Positions 9,395 through 17,974 of a DNA stretch of 64,000 nucleotides are shown piece after piece. Numbering within the stretch: position 1 is the stretch's first letter; each line of letters starts with the position of its first letter. The translations under genes were made by a program, and so were the position numbers. The notes below the pieces were generated by a model, which searched no databases, was not told the origin of the DNA, and was given only the letters and a program-made list of their open reading frames with translations. This stretch comes from Candidatus Omnitrophota bacterium (lineage in GTDB: Bacteria > Omnitrophota > Omnitrophia > Omnitrophales > Aquincolibacteriaceae), in assembly GCA_022711115.1 (NCBI GenBank), contig JAKLFP010000004.1:178625-242624 (forward strand), written 5' to 3'.

Positions 9395-11163
9395 TGGGAA
9401 AAATCCATGTTCTTTCAGAACAGGTTGCGAATAAGATTGCGGCGGGGGAGGTGATTGAACGGCCGGCTTCCATCGTCAAAGAGCTTATCGAAAACTCTTT
9501 GGACGCTGGGGCGGACCACATGGAGATAGTTGTTAAGCACGGTGGCAAAAGTCTCATTCGTGTTGCAGATAACGGTTCCGGGATGGCTGCAGATGATGCG
9601 CAGCTTGCGATGCAACGTCATGCCACGAGCAAGATCAACACGGCAGAAGATCTTTTTCAGATAGAGAGTTTTGGCTTCCGAGGTGAAGCCCTTCCGAGCA
9701 TTGCGGCTGTCTCAAGGTTTAGTCTTCAGACGCGGACGCCGGATGCGGTTTCAGGGACCGAACTTGTGGTCGAAGGTGGAAATCTGGTGAAAGCAAAAGA
9801 ATGTCCCGTTGCGCAAGGAACGGTGATTGAGGTTCGAGATCTTTTTTTTAACACGCCAGCTCGCAGGAAATTCTTGAAACAAGATTCAACCGAAATGGGG
9901 CATATCCTTGATGCGGTAACATCGATCGCATTGGCCAACCTTAAAGTCCGGTTTTTACTGGAGTCAGGCGGAAACAAACTATTGGACCTGTTACCTGTTG
10001 ATGATTTGTCTGCGAGAGCTCGTGCGATTTTTGGAGATGCCTGGACGGATCAAACCCTGCCGATCCAAAATGAAATTCCGCATATACGGCTTTTCGGACT
10101 TATTGGCAAGCCGTCGTTGGCTTCGGGAAACCGGACACAGCAATTCTTTTTTATCAATCGACGTTATGTGAAAGCTTATGGTCTGAGCCATGGTTTGCAG
10201 GCGGGATATCACGGTCTGTTAATGCAACATCAATTTCCTGCGGCCGTTCTTTTTCTGGAACTCAACCCGCAATATGTCGACGTCAATGTTCATCCAACCA
10301 AACAGCAAGTGCGCCTTTCTCACGAGGTCTTGATCAAATCGTTGATTGAGAAAACGGTGGCTGCAGCGCTTAAGGACCATGGAGATCTTGCCCCCTCGTT
10401 TGAATCAAAGGGCGGACGATTGGAGGTACCTTTATCCTCTTCAGGCTACCAGGAGCCGAAGTTTTCTTTCGAAGAAGTTACCGCGATGCCGTCGATGCCG
10501 GCCAAGATCTCAGAAACTACGGTAGACGAACCAATCCCCGCAGATGCCACCACATTTCAAGCCATCAAGATCGGAAAAGGCCCGAAAATCATAAGGATTC
10601 TCGGGCAGATCCAGAGAACCTTTATCCTTGCCGAAACTGAAGACGGTTATATTATTGTGGATCAGCATGCAGCTCATGAAAGGGTCATGTTCGAGAGTCT
10701 CATGAGGAATTTCCAATCGGATCGTCCGGCGGTTCAAGGCCTCTTGATGGAGGAAATCGTTGAACTCCACTCGAGACAGGTTGAGATTTTGAAAAAACAT
10801 CTTACCGTTTTAAATAAGATCGGTTTTGAAGTGGAGCTTTTCGGTGAAAAAGTTTTTGTGGTTCGAGGGATCCCTTCTGTTCTTAAAGAGGAAAATCCTG
10901 TTGTGGTGATCAAGCAATTTGTCGATGAACTGGAAACGGGTAAAGCGCAGACAAATCTTCAGGGATATCAAGAAGATATTGCGGCCCTCATCGCTTGCAA
11001 GCGTAAGTCTGTGAAAGCTTACGATGCCCTTACCTTGTTGGGCATGCAGAGTTTGTTGGAACAGCTGTCTCGGTGCGAAAATCCGTTTAACTGCCCGCAT
11101 GGGCGGCCGAGTTTTATCAAATATTCATTATTAGACCTTGAAAAACAATTTAAAAGAAAATAA
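9391..11163 (+). CDS. mutL: DNA mismatch repair protein MutL
   Basis: GHKL ATPase N-terminus (VKELIENSLDAGA, DNGSGM), C-terminal dimerisation domain and endonuclease-type motifs. The start ATG overlaps the mutS stop (ATGATG/TGA), implying translational coupling. Confidence 0.9.
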   Translation: MMGKIHVLSEQVANKIAAGEVIERPASIVKELIENSLDAGADHMEIVVKHGGKSLIRVADNGSGMAADDAQLAMQRHATSKINTAEDLFQIESFGFRGEALPSIAAVSRFSLQTRTPDAVSGTELVVEGGNLVKAKECPVAQGTVIEVRDLFFNTPARRKFLKQDSTEMGHILDAVTSIALANLKVRFLLESGGNKLLDLLPVDDLSARARAIFGDAWTDQTLPIQNEIPHIRLFGLIGKPSLASGNRTQQFFFINRRYVKAYGLSHGLQAGYHGLLMQHQFPAAVLFLELNPQYVDVNVHPTKQQVRLSHEVLIKSLIEKTVAAALKDHGDLAPSFESKGGRLEVPLSSSGYQEPKFSFEEVTAMPSMPAKISETTVDEPIPADATTFQAIKIGKGPKIIRILGQIQRTFILAETEDGYIIVDQHAAHERVMFESLMRNFQSDRPAVQGLLMEEIVELHSRQVEILKKHLTVLNKIGFEVELFGEKVFVVRGIPSVLKEENPVVVIKQFVDELETGKAQTNLQGYQEDIAALIACKRKSVKAYDALTLLGMQSLLEQLSRCENPFNCPHGRPSFIKYSLLDLEKQFKRK

Positions 11164-11177
11164 ACGGGAAGAGATCT

Positions 11178-11537
11178 ATGGCGAGAATTCTTGTTGCGGA
11201 TGATAATCAGGATATTGCGATGCTTGTAATAGACCGCTTAAGCATCGAAGGGCACCAACTCGAATGGGTTGCTTCCGGAGATGCGGCATTTGAAAAGTTG
11301 AAAAAAGAATCTTATGACCTGGCGATTTTGGATATTTTAATGCCCGGCCGTGATGGTGTTTCGTTGTGCTACATCATCAAACATAGCGAGAATGTTAAAA
11401 AAATCCCCGTACTGCTTATGAGCGCTTATTCACAGGACGCGGAGGATTTGAAGAGAAGTAATGCGGATGCATTTCTTTCAAAACCCTTTGTTCTTTCACA
11501 ATTGGTTTCGACAGTAAATCGTCTTCTTCAGCTTTAG
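11178..11537 (+). CDS. Stand-alone response regulator receiver domain protein (CheY-like)
   Basis: 119 aa. ILVADDNQD, LAILDILMPGRDG, LLMSA, SKPF. Lies 14 bp after mutL. Confidence 0.85.
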   Translation: MARILVADDNQDIAMLVIDRLSIEGHQLEWVASGDAAFEKLKKESYDLAILDILMPGRDGVSLCYIIKHSENVKKIPVLLMSAYSQDAEDLKRSNADAFLSKPFVLSQLVSTVNRLLQL

Positions 11538-11644
11538 CATAAGCGGTTAGTTTTTCCTTAGAAGTCTTTTTAGAATGCTTTTCCTGTTTCATAAATCATT
11601 GAAGCTTTTTTATTTCTCAACCAAAATAGGTTTTAGAAAGCAGT

Positions 11645-12148
11645 ATGATCATTCTTAAACAGGGGGACATCACTGAAGAAGATGTAGCTGTGATTGTCAA
11701 TGCAGCGAATTCAGGTCTGCGAGGTGGTGGCGGAGTGGATGGTGCCATTCACCGCGCAGCAGGTCCTGCGGTGATGGAGGAATGTCAAAAAATCGGGCAC
11801 TGTGCAACGGGCGAAGCTGTGATGACTCAAGCCGGAAATCTGAAGGCAAAAAAAATCGTTCACACGGTCGGACCGGTGTGGTACGGCGGGAACAGGCATG
11901 AACCTGAGTTGTTGCGGAGCGCCTATAGGAACAGTTTTATATTGGCCAGGAATGGTTGTTTTCGGACGATCGCATTTCCTGCAATCAGCACGGGTATTTA
12001 CGGTTATCCTAAGAAAGAAGGTGCGAGGATCGCGATTAAGACGGGAATTGAATTTGAACGGGATTTCGAAGAAATCCGCTATATTTGTTTTTCTGCGGAG
12101 GATTTAAAAATCTATCAAGATATTTTTAAAAAAGAGCGGGCTACATAA
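11645..12148 (+). CDS. Macro-domain protein (O-acetyl-ADP-ribose deacetylase / ADP-ribose binding, YmdB-like)
   Basis: 167 aa. Macro signatures VNAANSGLRGGGGVDGAIHRAAG and ISTGIYGYP. Confidence 0.8.
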   Translation: MIILKQGDITEEDVAVIVNAANSGLRGGGGVDGAIHRAAGPAVMEECQKIGHCATGEAVMTQAGNLKAKKIVHTVGPVWYGGNRHEPELLRSAYRNSFILARNGCFRTIAFPAISTGIYGYPKKEGARIAIKTGIEFERDFEEIRYICFSAEDLKIYQDIFKKERAT

Positions 12149-12195
12149 ATATTTTTTTATCATAACTTGTTGCAAAAAGTCTTAAGGAGAATGGT

Positions 12196-12870
12196 ATGCG
12201 GATATTAATCGTCGAAGATGAAAAGAAGATGGCGAGTTTTTTGGAACGTGGCCTTAAGGAAGAGGGCTACACGGTAGATATTGTCTATGATGGCGAAACA
12301 GGTTGGGAATGTGCCATGACCAACGAATATGATCTTTTGATTCTGGATTGGATGCTTCCCAAAATGAGCGGTGTGGAGCTTTGCGGCAAGCTCCGCAATG
12401 AGGGAAAGACCGTGTCCGTGCTTATTCTGACCGCAAAAGATTCCGTCGAAGATAAAATTATGGGGTTGGATCAAGGAGCGGATGATTATTTGACCAAACC
12501 GTTCAGTTTTGAGGAATTGCTGGCTCGGGTGAGAGCCCTTTCTCGCCGTCCGGCGCACTTGCAGGATAAGACCGTTCTTCAGAATCTGGATTTAAAGATG
12601 GATCTTATTAAACGGATGGTTTTTGTCGGGGAAGAAGAAATTTCTCTTTCGCAAAAGGAATTTGCCCTTCTCGAATTTCTGATGCGGCATGCCGGAGAAG
12701 TGGTTTCTCGAACAGCTATCGCTGAGCATGTATGGGATCTTCATTTTGATCCCATGAGTAACACGATTGATGTCTATATCAATTTTCTTAGAAAGAAAAT
12801 AGCGGAAAAGAATGCGAAAAGCAAAATAGAAACCGTTCGCGGAACCGGTTACCGGCTTGCCAATCAATGA
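12196..12870 (+). CDS. OmpR-family two-component response regulator (receiver + winged-helix), CusR/CopR-like
   Basis: 224 aa. Receiver (LILDWMLP, LTAKD, TKPF) plus trans_reg_C (EFALLEFLMRHAGEVVSR...VRGTGYRL). RBS AAGGAGA. Confidence 0.9.
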   Translation: MRILIVEDEKKMASFLERGLKEEGYTVDIVYDGETGWECAMTNEYDLLILDWMLPKMSGVELCGKLRNEGKTVSVLILTAKDSVEDKIMGLDQGADDYLTKPFSFEELLARVRALSRRPAHLQDKTVLQNLDLKMDLIKRMVFVGEEEISLSQKEFALLEFLMRHAGEVVSRTAIAEHVWDLHFDPMSNTIDVYINFLRKKIAEKNAKSKIETVRGTGYRLANQ

Positions 12871-14348
12871 TCCAATCGCGTTCCTTCAAGTTTCGTTTAA
12901 CGCTCTGGTATGCATTTATGTTGACCGTCTTTCTCGGCGGTTTTGCTTTCTTGATGTACACGGAGCTTTCGAGAGTCTTGTACCGTGATGTTCAGCGGAG
13001 TATGTACGAGGAATCCAGGAATATCGAAGATGGCCTTCGGGCTTATTTTCAGGAAACAAAAAATCCTAAATTTTTAATTCCACCCAAGATTGAAAAAGGA
13101 TCTATAGTTTCTTCTCCCGATTATAAAAAAGTTCTATTCAATGCCGTTCGTGACTGGGAAAAGCAGCAACGCCGGATTGATCATAGTCTTTTTTTAGTCC
13201 GTATTTTGGGTCTTGATCATTCGATTATTGTATCCAATCGCGCAGGATGGGAGCGGGAAGTCATTTTCCCCAATTATGAACGGGATTCCGTTTTTATGGA
13301 AAAAGGGCACTCGTATCAGACTATTTACTTTAAAAAAAGTCCTATTCGGCTTTATTATCATTTAGTTAAGATCTACGATCGCCCGTTTCTGATCATTCAG
13401 ATCGCAAAGCCTCTTTATGAAATCGAAAAGACTTTAGGTCGTTTGATTATCATCATTATGGTCATTATTCCTATGGGAGTTGCGTTAGCATGTTTTGCCG
13501 GATGGTTTCTGGCAAAGCGCTTTTTAAATCCTGTCGAAAGAATGATCCAACAAGCCCGAAAGATTACGGCGGCATATCTCAAGAACAGGCTTCCCCGGAC
13601 TTTCACTCACGATGAATTAGATCGATTGGCTGAAACCTTGAATGAAATGATCGACCGATTGGAAGCTTCCACTCGGGCGGTCCAGGATTTTAGCTCAAAC
13701 GTTTCTCATGAGTTTAAAACGCCGCTTGCCATTATTCGTGGGGAAATCGATCTGGCGCTTCGTCGGGAACGTTCTCCCGAAGATCTTCAAAAAACCATCG
13801 GAATTATCAGTGAAGAAGTCGATGGGCTCATTCGTTTGGTGGATGATCTCATGTTTCTTGTTCGTAACGATGCAAAACAAATACAGCTTCAAAAAAAGAA
13901 TATTTCTCTCGCTCCTATTCTGGAACAAGTTCTGAAACTTTATCGAGAGCGGGCTCATAAAGAGGGGATTGAAATGGTTTTGGAAGTTTCAAAGGATGGG
14001 GAGGTTTTAGGCGATGAGATTTATTTAAAGCGACTCTTTACCAATCTTTTGGATAATGCCATTAAATTTTCAAATAGGAACAGTCGGGTTTCTGCGCGCA
14101 TTTTGGCTGAAAGTGAATATGCGGTTGTTGAGATAGAGGATTCAGGTATCGGTATAGATCCAGAGACATTGGCGAATATCGGGAAGCGTTTCTATCGTGC
14201 AGATCAGGCGCGTTCAAAGGAAGGTGCTGGTTTAGGCTTTAGTATCGTTAAGGCTATATGCGATGCGCATCAGGGAATTTTATTAATCGAAAGTGCTGCA
14301 GGCAAAGGTACTAAGGTTACCCTCAAGCTTCCGCTTTTAGGTTTTTAG
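12867..14348 (+). CDS. Membrane sensor histidine kinase (2 TM, HAMP, HisKA, HATPase_c), cognate of the upstream OmpR-type regulator
   Basis: 493 aa. Start overlaps the RR stop (ATGA). TM1 near the N-terminus and TM2 around LIIIIMVIIPMGVALACFAGWFLA, then HAMP. H-box SHEFKTPLAIIRG. N-box LLDNAIKF. G-boxes DSGIGI and GAGLGFSIV. Confidence 0.85.
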   Translation: MIQSRSFKFRLTLWYAFMLTVFLGGFAFLMYTELSRVLYRDVQRSMYEESRNIEDGLRAYFQETKNPKFLIPPKIEKGSIVSSPDYKKVLFNAVRDWEKQQRRIDHSLFLVRILGLDHSIIVSNRAGWEREVIFPNYERDSVFMEKGHSYQTIYFKKSPIRLYYHLVKIYDRPFLIIQIAKPLYEIEKTLGRLIIIIMVIIPMGVALACFAGWFLAKRFLNPVERMIQQARKITAAYLKNRLPRTFTHDELDRLAETLNEMIDRLEASTRAVQDFSSNVSHEFKTPLAIIRGEIDLALRRERSPEDLQKTIGIISEEVDGLIRLVDDLMFLVRNDAKQIQLQKKNISLAPILEQVLKLYRERAHKEGIEMVLEVSKDGEVLGDEIYLKRLFTNLLDNAIKFSNRNSRVSARILAESEYAVVEIEDSGIGIDPETLANIGKRFYRADQARSKEGAGLGFSIVKAICDAHQGILLIESAAGKGTKVTLKLPLLGF

Positions 14349-14514
14349 AATTCCTCCTCTAGACTATTAGACGGTAAAAAATAAATTATAAATTAAAACT
14401 ATTTAATCTTATTTTAATGCTTCTTTAATGATTTCCCTGCTAGCATATGATCAAATAAAGACATATTTAAATAACAAAATTGAAAAGTTAATATTTTTAA
14501 AAAGGATTAAAAAA

Positions 14515-14859
14515 ATGGAAATAAGCACGCAGCTTCTAAAACCATTTATAGAAAAGATAGAAACTGATTGGCAGGATCTTTATCGAGAAATTTGCGGAAA
14601 TGAAAGTGAAGAAGCGACTGCAATGAAGCCGTCCATTGAACAACGGATGCGTCAACTTGAAAAATTCCGTACGTCAGCGATGTATTATGAGCAAGATGGA
14701 ACCGGTTTGAAGGAGTTTCCGAATCTTCGGGAAGCACTTCGTTTTTTGAAGCTTGATTTGAGAACAACCCGGCGCAAATGGCGCCGTCACCTTGTGTCAA
14801 AAATTCGAACACAAAAGCGGCAAGAGCGGGCTAATTATGAAACATCCCTTATTGCGTGA
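14515..14859 (+). CDS. Hypothetical protein (basic C-terminus)
   Basis: ORF open from 14428. The ATG at 14515 is preceded by AAAGGA and an AT-rich promoter-like region. No recognisable domain. Confidence 0.4.
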   Translation: MEISTQLLKPFIEKIETDWQDLYREICGNESEEATAMKPSIEQRMRQLEKFRTSAMYYEQDGTGLKEFPNLREALRFLKLDLRTTRRKWRRHLVSKIRTQKRQERANYETSLIA

Positions 14860-15328
14860 AAAGCATATTATTCCAGAGTTGGATGCTAGCAATTGCGAAT
14901 TGGCTCTAAAAAAAATGATTGATTCATTGCCGGACTTAGCCTTGAAAGGAATTAATAGACAAAAGATATTGAAATTGCTTTTATTGCGTGAACAAATCGG
15001 AACTACGGCCATTGGACAGGGTATTGCGCTGCCTCATTGCTTTTCAACGGATATTACATCTCCGATCGTTGCTTTTGGGATCAGCCCGGAGGGTATTGCG
15101 TATCCGTCACTTGACGGAATGCCTGTTTATTTCATTTTTATGCTCATCTTGCCAGCGACTGACGAAGCGGAGCAAATGAAGCGTCAGATTTTGCAGAATA
15201 TTAAATGGTTTCTCTGTGATCGGTATTTACAAGAACGCTTGCGACTGGCACGTACAGCAACGGAGGTTTATCAGTTACTTGTTCCGGATTTTCAGCACGA
15301 GTTAGTTGGCGGAAATTTAATGGCTTGA
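14837..15328 (+). CDS. PTS EIIA type-2 domain protein (PtsN / EIIA-Ntr-like), orphan
   Basis: About 163 aa. PTS_EIIA_2 active-site region IGQGIALPHC with the conserved His. ORF open from a TTG at 14792; the ATG at 14837 is preferred. Confidence 0.65.
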   Translation: MKHPLLREKHIIPELDASNCELALKKMIDSLPDLALKGINRQKILKLLLLREQIGTTAIGQGIALPHCFSTDITSPIVAFGISPEGIAYPSLDGMPVYFIFMLILPATDEAEQMKRQILQNIKWFLCDRYLQERLRLARTATEVYQLLVPDFQHELVGGNLMA

Positions 15329-15351
15329 TAGATTTTTTAGCATAGCAAAGC

Positions 15352-15420
15352 GCCCTGGTCTAAGAACGGTTGAAAGGCGGGGGGTCTAACAACTGGACTG
15401 GCCAGGGCATTTGTTTTGTG
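15352..15420 (+). terminator. Terminator-like structure: 7-bp GC stem (GCCCTGG / CCAGGGC) with a ~43-nt loop followed by a T-rich tract
   Basis: Arms at 15352-15358 and 15402-15408, followed by ATTTGTTTTGTG. Lies directly after the EIIA-like gene stop. Confidence 0.3.
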
Positions 15421-15811
15421 TATCCTTCAAGAAGCATTTTTCCTAGAAATAAATTTCAAAGCTGTCTTTTTTGAGAGATTTATTTTTTGGGAGAAAGATA
15501 ATGTCTGCATACACCTTTAAAATTTTCGGGAGCGAGCCTTCTTTTTTTTAAAAAAGGCAGTTCTTTGAAAAAAAGGTGCTAAAAGAAGATAAAAAATAAT
15601 TTTTCTTCCTTGCTTTCCTCATTGAAAATTGTAAGATAAGACAGTTTTATTTTTTTAAGCGAGTTGCACTTTAAAAAGTCGGACCCAAGTGGGAGCTTGG
15701 CAATTTCAGGATTGAAATAATATCGTTTTAATAATTAGCCTATCATTTCCTGTGATTTTCTAGTTTCCCACCTATAGGGTTTGCCGTTTCTCATCAGCGG
15801 GATTTACTAAA

Positions 15812-17512
15812 ATGCCATTTCTGATGCGCGAAGCCATTCAGGTCCGTTTAAATAAGCGCGTTAACGATATCGAGAATGGTTATCGCCAAAATGTCGGTAT
15901 TATCGGTTCCTCGGGTGTCGGCAAAAGCAAACTCCTGTGCGAATTTTTTCAATCCATCTCTCGCAACCCAAAAGTACTACCTGTTTATGTCAAGACAAAG
16001 ACCATTGATGGCCGTCAATTGATGCAGCAATGGATGGGCGCTGTGTTGAGCGCCGTTTTGCTTGACCGTACTCTCAACATTCCAAAGACGCTTAGTGGGT
16101 TATTGCGTGACGCCGAAAATCTAATCCCGGAAACAATTGCAGCGGTCAAACATCTTCAAAAACTTATTCGGCAGGAAAAAAATGCATTGGCCGTTCGCGA
16201 GCTTTTCATGTTGAGCGGGACTCTTGCGCGTGAAACCGGAAAAAAAGTCATCTTGATGTTCGACGAATTCCAAGCTCTCGAGAAACTCCCGATTCCCGAT
16301 CCCTTCTTATTGCTTGGAAAGCAAATGATGCTTGATAAGGATGTTTTATATGTGGTGACGAGTTCTTCTGTGGACCGGGCTCGTGAAATTTTTAGAGATA
16401 AACTTTCACTTCTTTTCGGGAACTTTGAAGTCATCGAGCTTGCGCCTTTTGGTTTTATGGAAATGGATCAGTATTTGGCAGCACGTATGCCGGCGCACCG
16501 GTGGCCGCAGGAACTTAAGAGATTCCTTTTTCATATGACGGATGGTGAGCCGCTTTACCTGGACCTTCTGATTCATCGTCTTGAGCATTATGAGGTTCGA
16601 GAGTTTCCTCAAAATGTGAGTTCAACGCTATTGCTCGATGTCTTTTGCCAAGAACTTTTCGATCGCCATGGCAGGATTGCCCTCTTGTTTGAAAAACGAT
16701 TGGCACAATGTGCCTACATCGCCAAAAATAGCGGACCCTATATTCGTGCCCTCTTGGCTTTAAGCCATGGTCGGCACAAACTGATCCCTATAGCTGCTTT
16801 TATCGAAGAAACCGTGGCAGAAACCCAAAAAATTCTGAAACACTTGGTTCAAGATGGTTTGGTTGTGAAAAGTGGTTCTTTTTATCATAATCCGGATTTT
16901 CTTTTTCGTTTTTGGCTCAAGGAAGTGCTTCAAAAAAGGTATGACCATTATCTACCCGAAGAAAGAATCCTTTGGAAACATCTTTTTGATGAACTGAACC
17001 GGAATCTCGATCTTTGCGCGAGAATGACTGATGAGGATCTTGGAAAGTGCATTGAGAATCTCCTTAATGAATTCCGAAATGATGTTGTGGAAATCGATCA
17101 TAAAAAAATGCAATGCCCACAATTTTCCGAACTTGTTTTGCTTCGCCCTCTGCCGCATTCAATGGGTGCCCTGATGGGGCGTTGTTCAAAAGGGCGATGG
17201 CTTTTCTACTTTAGCCCGGAGATGATCGGCGAGTCAGAATGTGAGCTTGTTGTGGGAGATGCTAAGCACTCACGTAAAATCTCGAAAAAATTTTTAATTG
17301 CGTTAGGCGGTATTGACGAAAATGCGAAACTTCTTGCTCAGGAAGCGAAAATGCAACTATGGGATTTGCGGTACCTGAATGAGTTGCTGGATCTTTACGA
17401 TCTTCCGAAAATTATTTTAACAGCCAATAAAGGAAACAATGAAACTAACGAGACCCATGAATCTGATGTGGGCGCCATGGCGCAAAGCCTATCTGCGTTC
17501 GAATCCCGGTAA
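15812..17512 (+). CDS. ATPase_2 (archaeal-type ATPase, PF01637-like) family P-loop NTPase, function unknown
   Basis: 566 aa. Walker A GSSGVGKS and Walker B ILMFDEF, followed by an alpha-helical / winged-helix-like region. No TM. Confidence 0.65.
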   Translation: MPFLMREAIQVRLNKRVNDIENGYRQNVGIIGSSGVGKSKLLCEFFQSISRNPKVLPVYVKTKTIDGRQLMQQWMGAVLSAVLLDRTLNIPKTLSGLLRDAENLIPETIAAVKHLQKLIRQEKNALAVRELFMLSGTLARETGKKVILMFDEFQALEKLPIPDPFLLLGKQMMLDKDVLYVVTSSSVDRAREIFRDKLSLLFGNFEVIELAPFGFMEMDQYLAARMPAHRWPQELKRFLFHMTDGEPLYLDLLIHRLEHYEVREFPQNVSSTLLLDVFCQELFDRHGRIALLFEKRLAQCAYIAKNSGPYIRALLALSHGRHKLIPIAAFIEETVAETQKILKHLVQDGLVVKSGSFYHNPDFLFRFWLKEVLQKRYDHYLPEERILWKHLFDELNRNLDLCARMTDEDLGKCIENLLNEFRNDVVEIDHKKMQCPQFSELVLLRPLPHSMGALMGRCSKGRWLFYFSPEMIGESECELVVGDAKHSRKISKKFLIALGGIDENAKLLAQEAKMQLWDLRYLNELLDLYDLPKIILTANKGNNETNETHESDVGAMAQSLSAFESR

Positions 17513-17966
17513 ACGTTCCGGTTGTCTTTTTTGTTCCCTCATGAAGGAAAAAAAAGATAAAAAAAATCTTATCCTTTTCAGGTCTTTACATTATGTCGTT
17601 ATCCTCAATCGTTTCCCCTATAATAATGGACATCTCATGGTTGTGCCTAAGCGGCACATCGCGTGCCTCTCCCGGTTGAATATTCAGGAGAAAAAAGAAT
17701 TTTTTGATGTGTTGGAACAAGTCCAGCAAGCGCTGCAGAAAGCGATGAAACCACAGGGATTTAACTTGGGGATGAATATTGCGGATGTGGCTGGAGCGGG
17801 AATCCCGGATCACTTGCATTGGCATATTGTTCCGCGTTGGAAGGGGGATGTGAATTTTATGCCTGTTTTAGCAGATACAAAGGTTATTTCCGAATCACTT
17901 GAGTCTGCCTATGAAGTATTGCGTAACGTGCTTTATCCCAAAAAAGTTTTTAAACCTAAAAACTGA
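17439..17966 (+). CDS. HIT (histidine triad) family nucleotide hydrolase/transferase
   Basis: 175 aa. N-terminal WAPWR and CLFC zinc motif. Histidine triad HLHWHIVPR. RBS AAAGGA before the ATG at 17439. Overlaps the ATPase gene by 74 nt in another frame; the alternative start at 17466 overlaps by 47 nt. Confidence 0.75.
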   Translation: MKLTRPMNLMWAPWRKAYLRSNPGKRSGCLFCSLMKEKKDKKNLILFRSLHYVVILNRFPYNNGHLMVVPKRHIACLSRLNIQEKKEFFDVLEQVQQALQKAMKPQGFNLGMNIADVAGAGIPDHLHWHIVPRWKGDVNFMPVLADTKVISESLESAYEVLRNVLYPKKVFKPKN

Positions 17967-17974
17967 GATCCACG

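Noticed and set aside
12205-12867. Minus-strand ORFs 12205..12558 and 12592..12867
   Set aside because: Antisense to the OmpR-family regulator. Shadow ORFs.
15690-15720. Sigma-54 (-24/-12) promoter TGGCAATTTCAGGATTGA before the ATPase gene
   Set aside because: The spacing between the GG and the TTG/GC elements is about 3 nt too long for the TGGCAC-N5-TTGC consensus.
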